Of a DNA stretch of 64,000 bases, positions 63,590 to 64,000 are shown one piece after another. The position numbers and the translations under genes were made by a program. The notes under the pieces were generated by a model. It was not told the DNA's origin, searched no databases, and saw nothing but the letters and a program-made list of their open reading frames with translations. The first letter of the stretch is position 1, and each line of letters opens with the position of its first letter. The stretch is from Chloroflexota bacterium (lineage in GTDB: Bacteria; Chloroflexota; UBA11872; VXOZ01): positions 2,912,001-2,976,000 of the forward strand of contig OZ244922.1 in assembly GCA_965221905.1 (NCBI GenBank). Direction: 5' to 3'.

Positions 63590-64000
63590 ATGGAGATCAT
63601 TCTTGCAAGAGAGATGGGCTTTTGCTACGGCGTAAAACGCGCTATCGAGATGACGCAAGCTGTAGCGAAAGAGAGAGGGGAGATTCACACGCTGGGGCAG
63701 CTTGTCCACAATCCTTCGGTAATAGATAGACTAGAGCAAGACGGTATTAGCGTTGTCTCTGAAATGGAGACCATCCCGCAGGACGGCATTGCCACCATCA
63801 CTGCCCACGGCACGGGCAAAGCGGTCACTGAGCAAATCGCCGCACAAAATCTCGAGCTTTTGGATGCCACTTGCCCAATCGTTTCCAAGGTGCATCGCAT
63901 CGTCCAGGAGCATGCAGAGCGCGGGTATCAAATCCTAATCTTTGGCGACCCCTCCCACAAGGAAGTCCGCGGTATTCTCGGCTGGTCGGAAGGACGCGGC
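63590..64000 (+). CDS. ispH: 4-hydroxy-3-methylbut-2-enyl diphosphate reductase (5' part; runs off the window)
   Basis: Not in the ORF track; read by eye as MEIILAREMGFCYGVKRAI...LVHN...TAHG...DATCPIV..VH...GDPSHKEVRG. Confidence 0.93.
   Translation, partial: MEIILAREMGFCYGVKRAIEMTQAVAKERGEIHTLGQLVHNPSVIDRLEQDGISVVSEMETIPQDGIATITAHGTGKAVTEQIAAQNLELLDATCPIVSKVHRIVQEHAERGYQILIFGDPSHKEVRGILGWSEGRG

Overview
A GC-rich bacterial window, most consistent with Chloroflexota. This is inferred from 'YFPETGH/QYF.R' cell-surface repeat proteins, Cys-type CcmE, and many Gfo/Idh/MocA and orphan Tat solute-binding genes. Contents in order: a glycosyltransferase/glycoside hydrolase envelope cluster, M42 peptidase, a cytochrome P460-family lipoprotein divergent from a Crp/Fnr regulator, catabolic genes, ftsH, a heterodimeric ABC exporter, mutM, an IS110 element, SCO/CopD-like genes, a cytochrome c maturation cluster (ccmE, F, H, two CcmI-like accessory genes, A, B, C, D), an ATP-grasp-like ligase + lysine 2,3-aminomutase (kamA) locus, rqcH, plsC and the start of ispH. 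The most striking structure is a nested mobile element upstream of mutM. An intact IS110 recombinase element (26481-27630) is inserted at a CT core inside a REP-like palindrome, which lies inside a small element with terminal inverted repeats. The IS non-coding end contains a readable bridge RNA whose four guide segments match the REP target and the element's own circle junction, and a sigma70 promoter forms only on circularisation. Unoccupied copies of the target lie elsewhere in the window. The best candidate for a new biochemical pathway is the ATP-grasp + KamA pair. All calls come from motifs and alignments read by eye; no searches were run.
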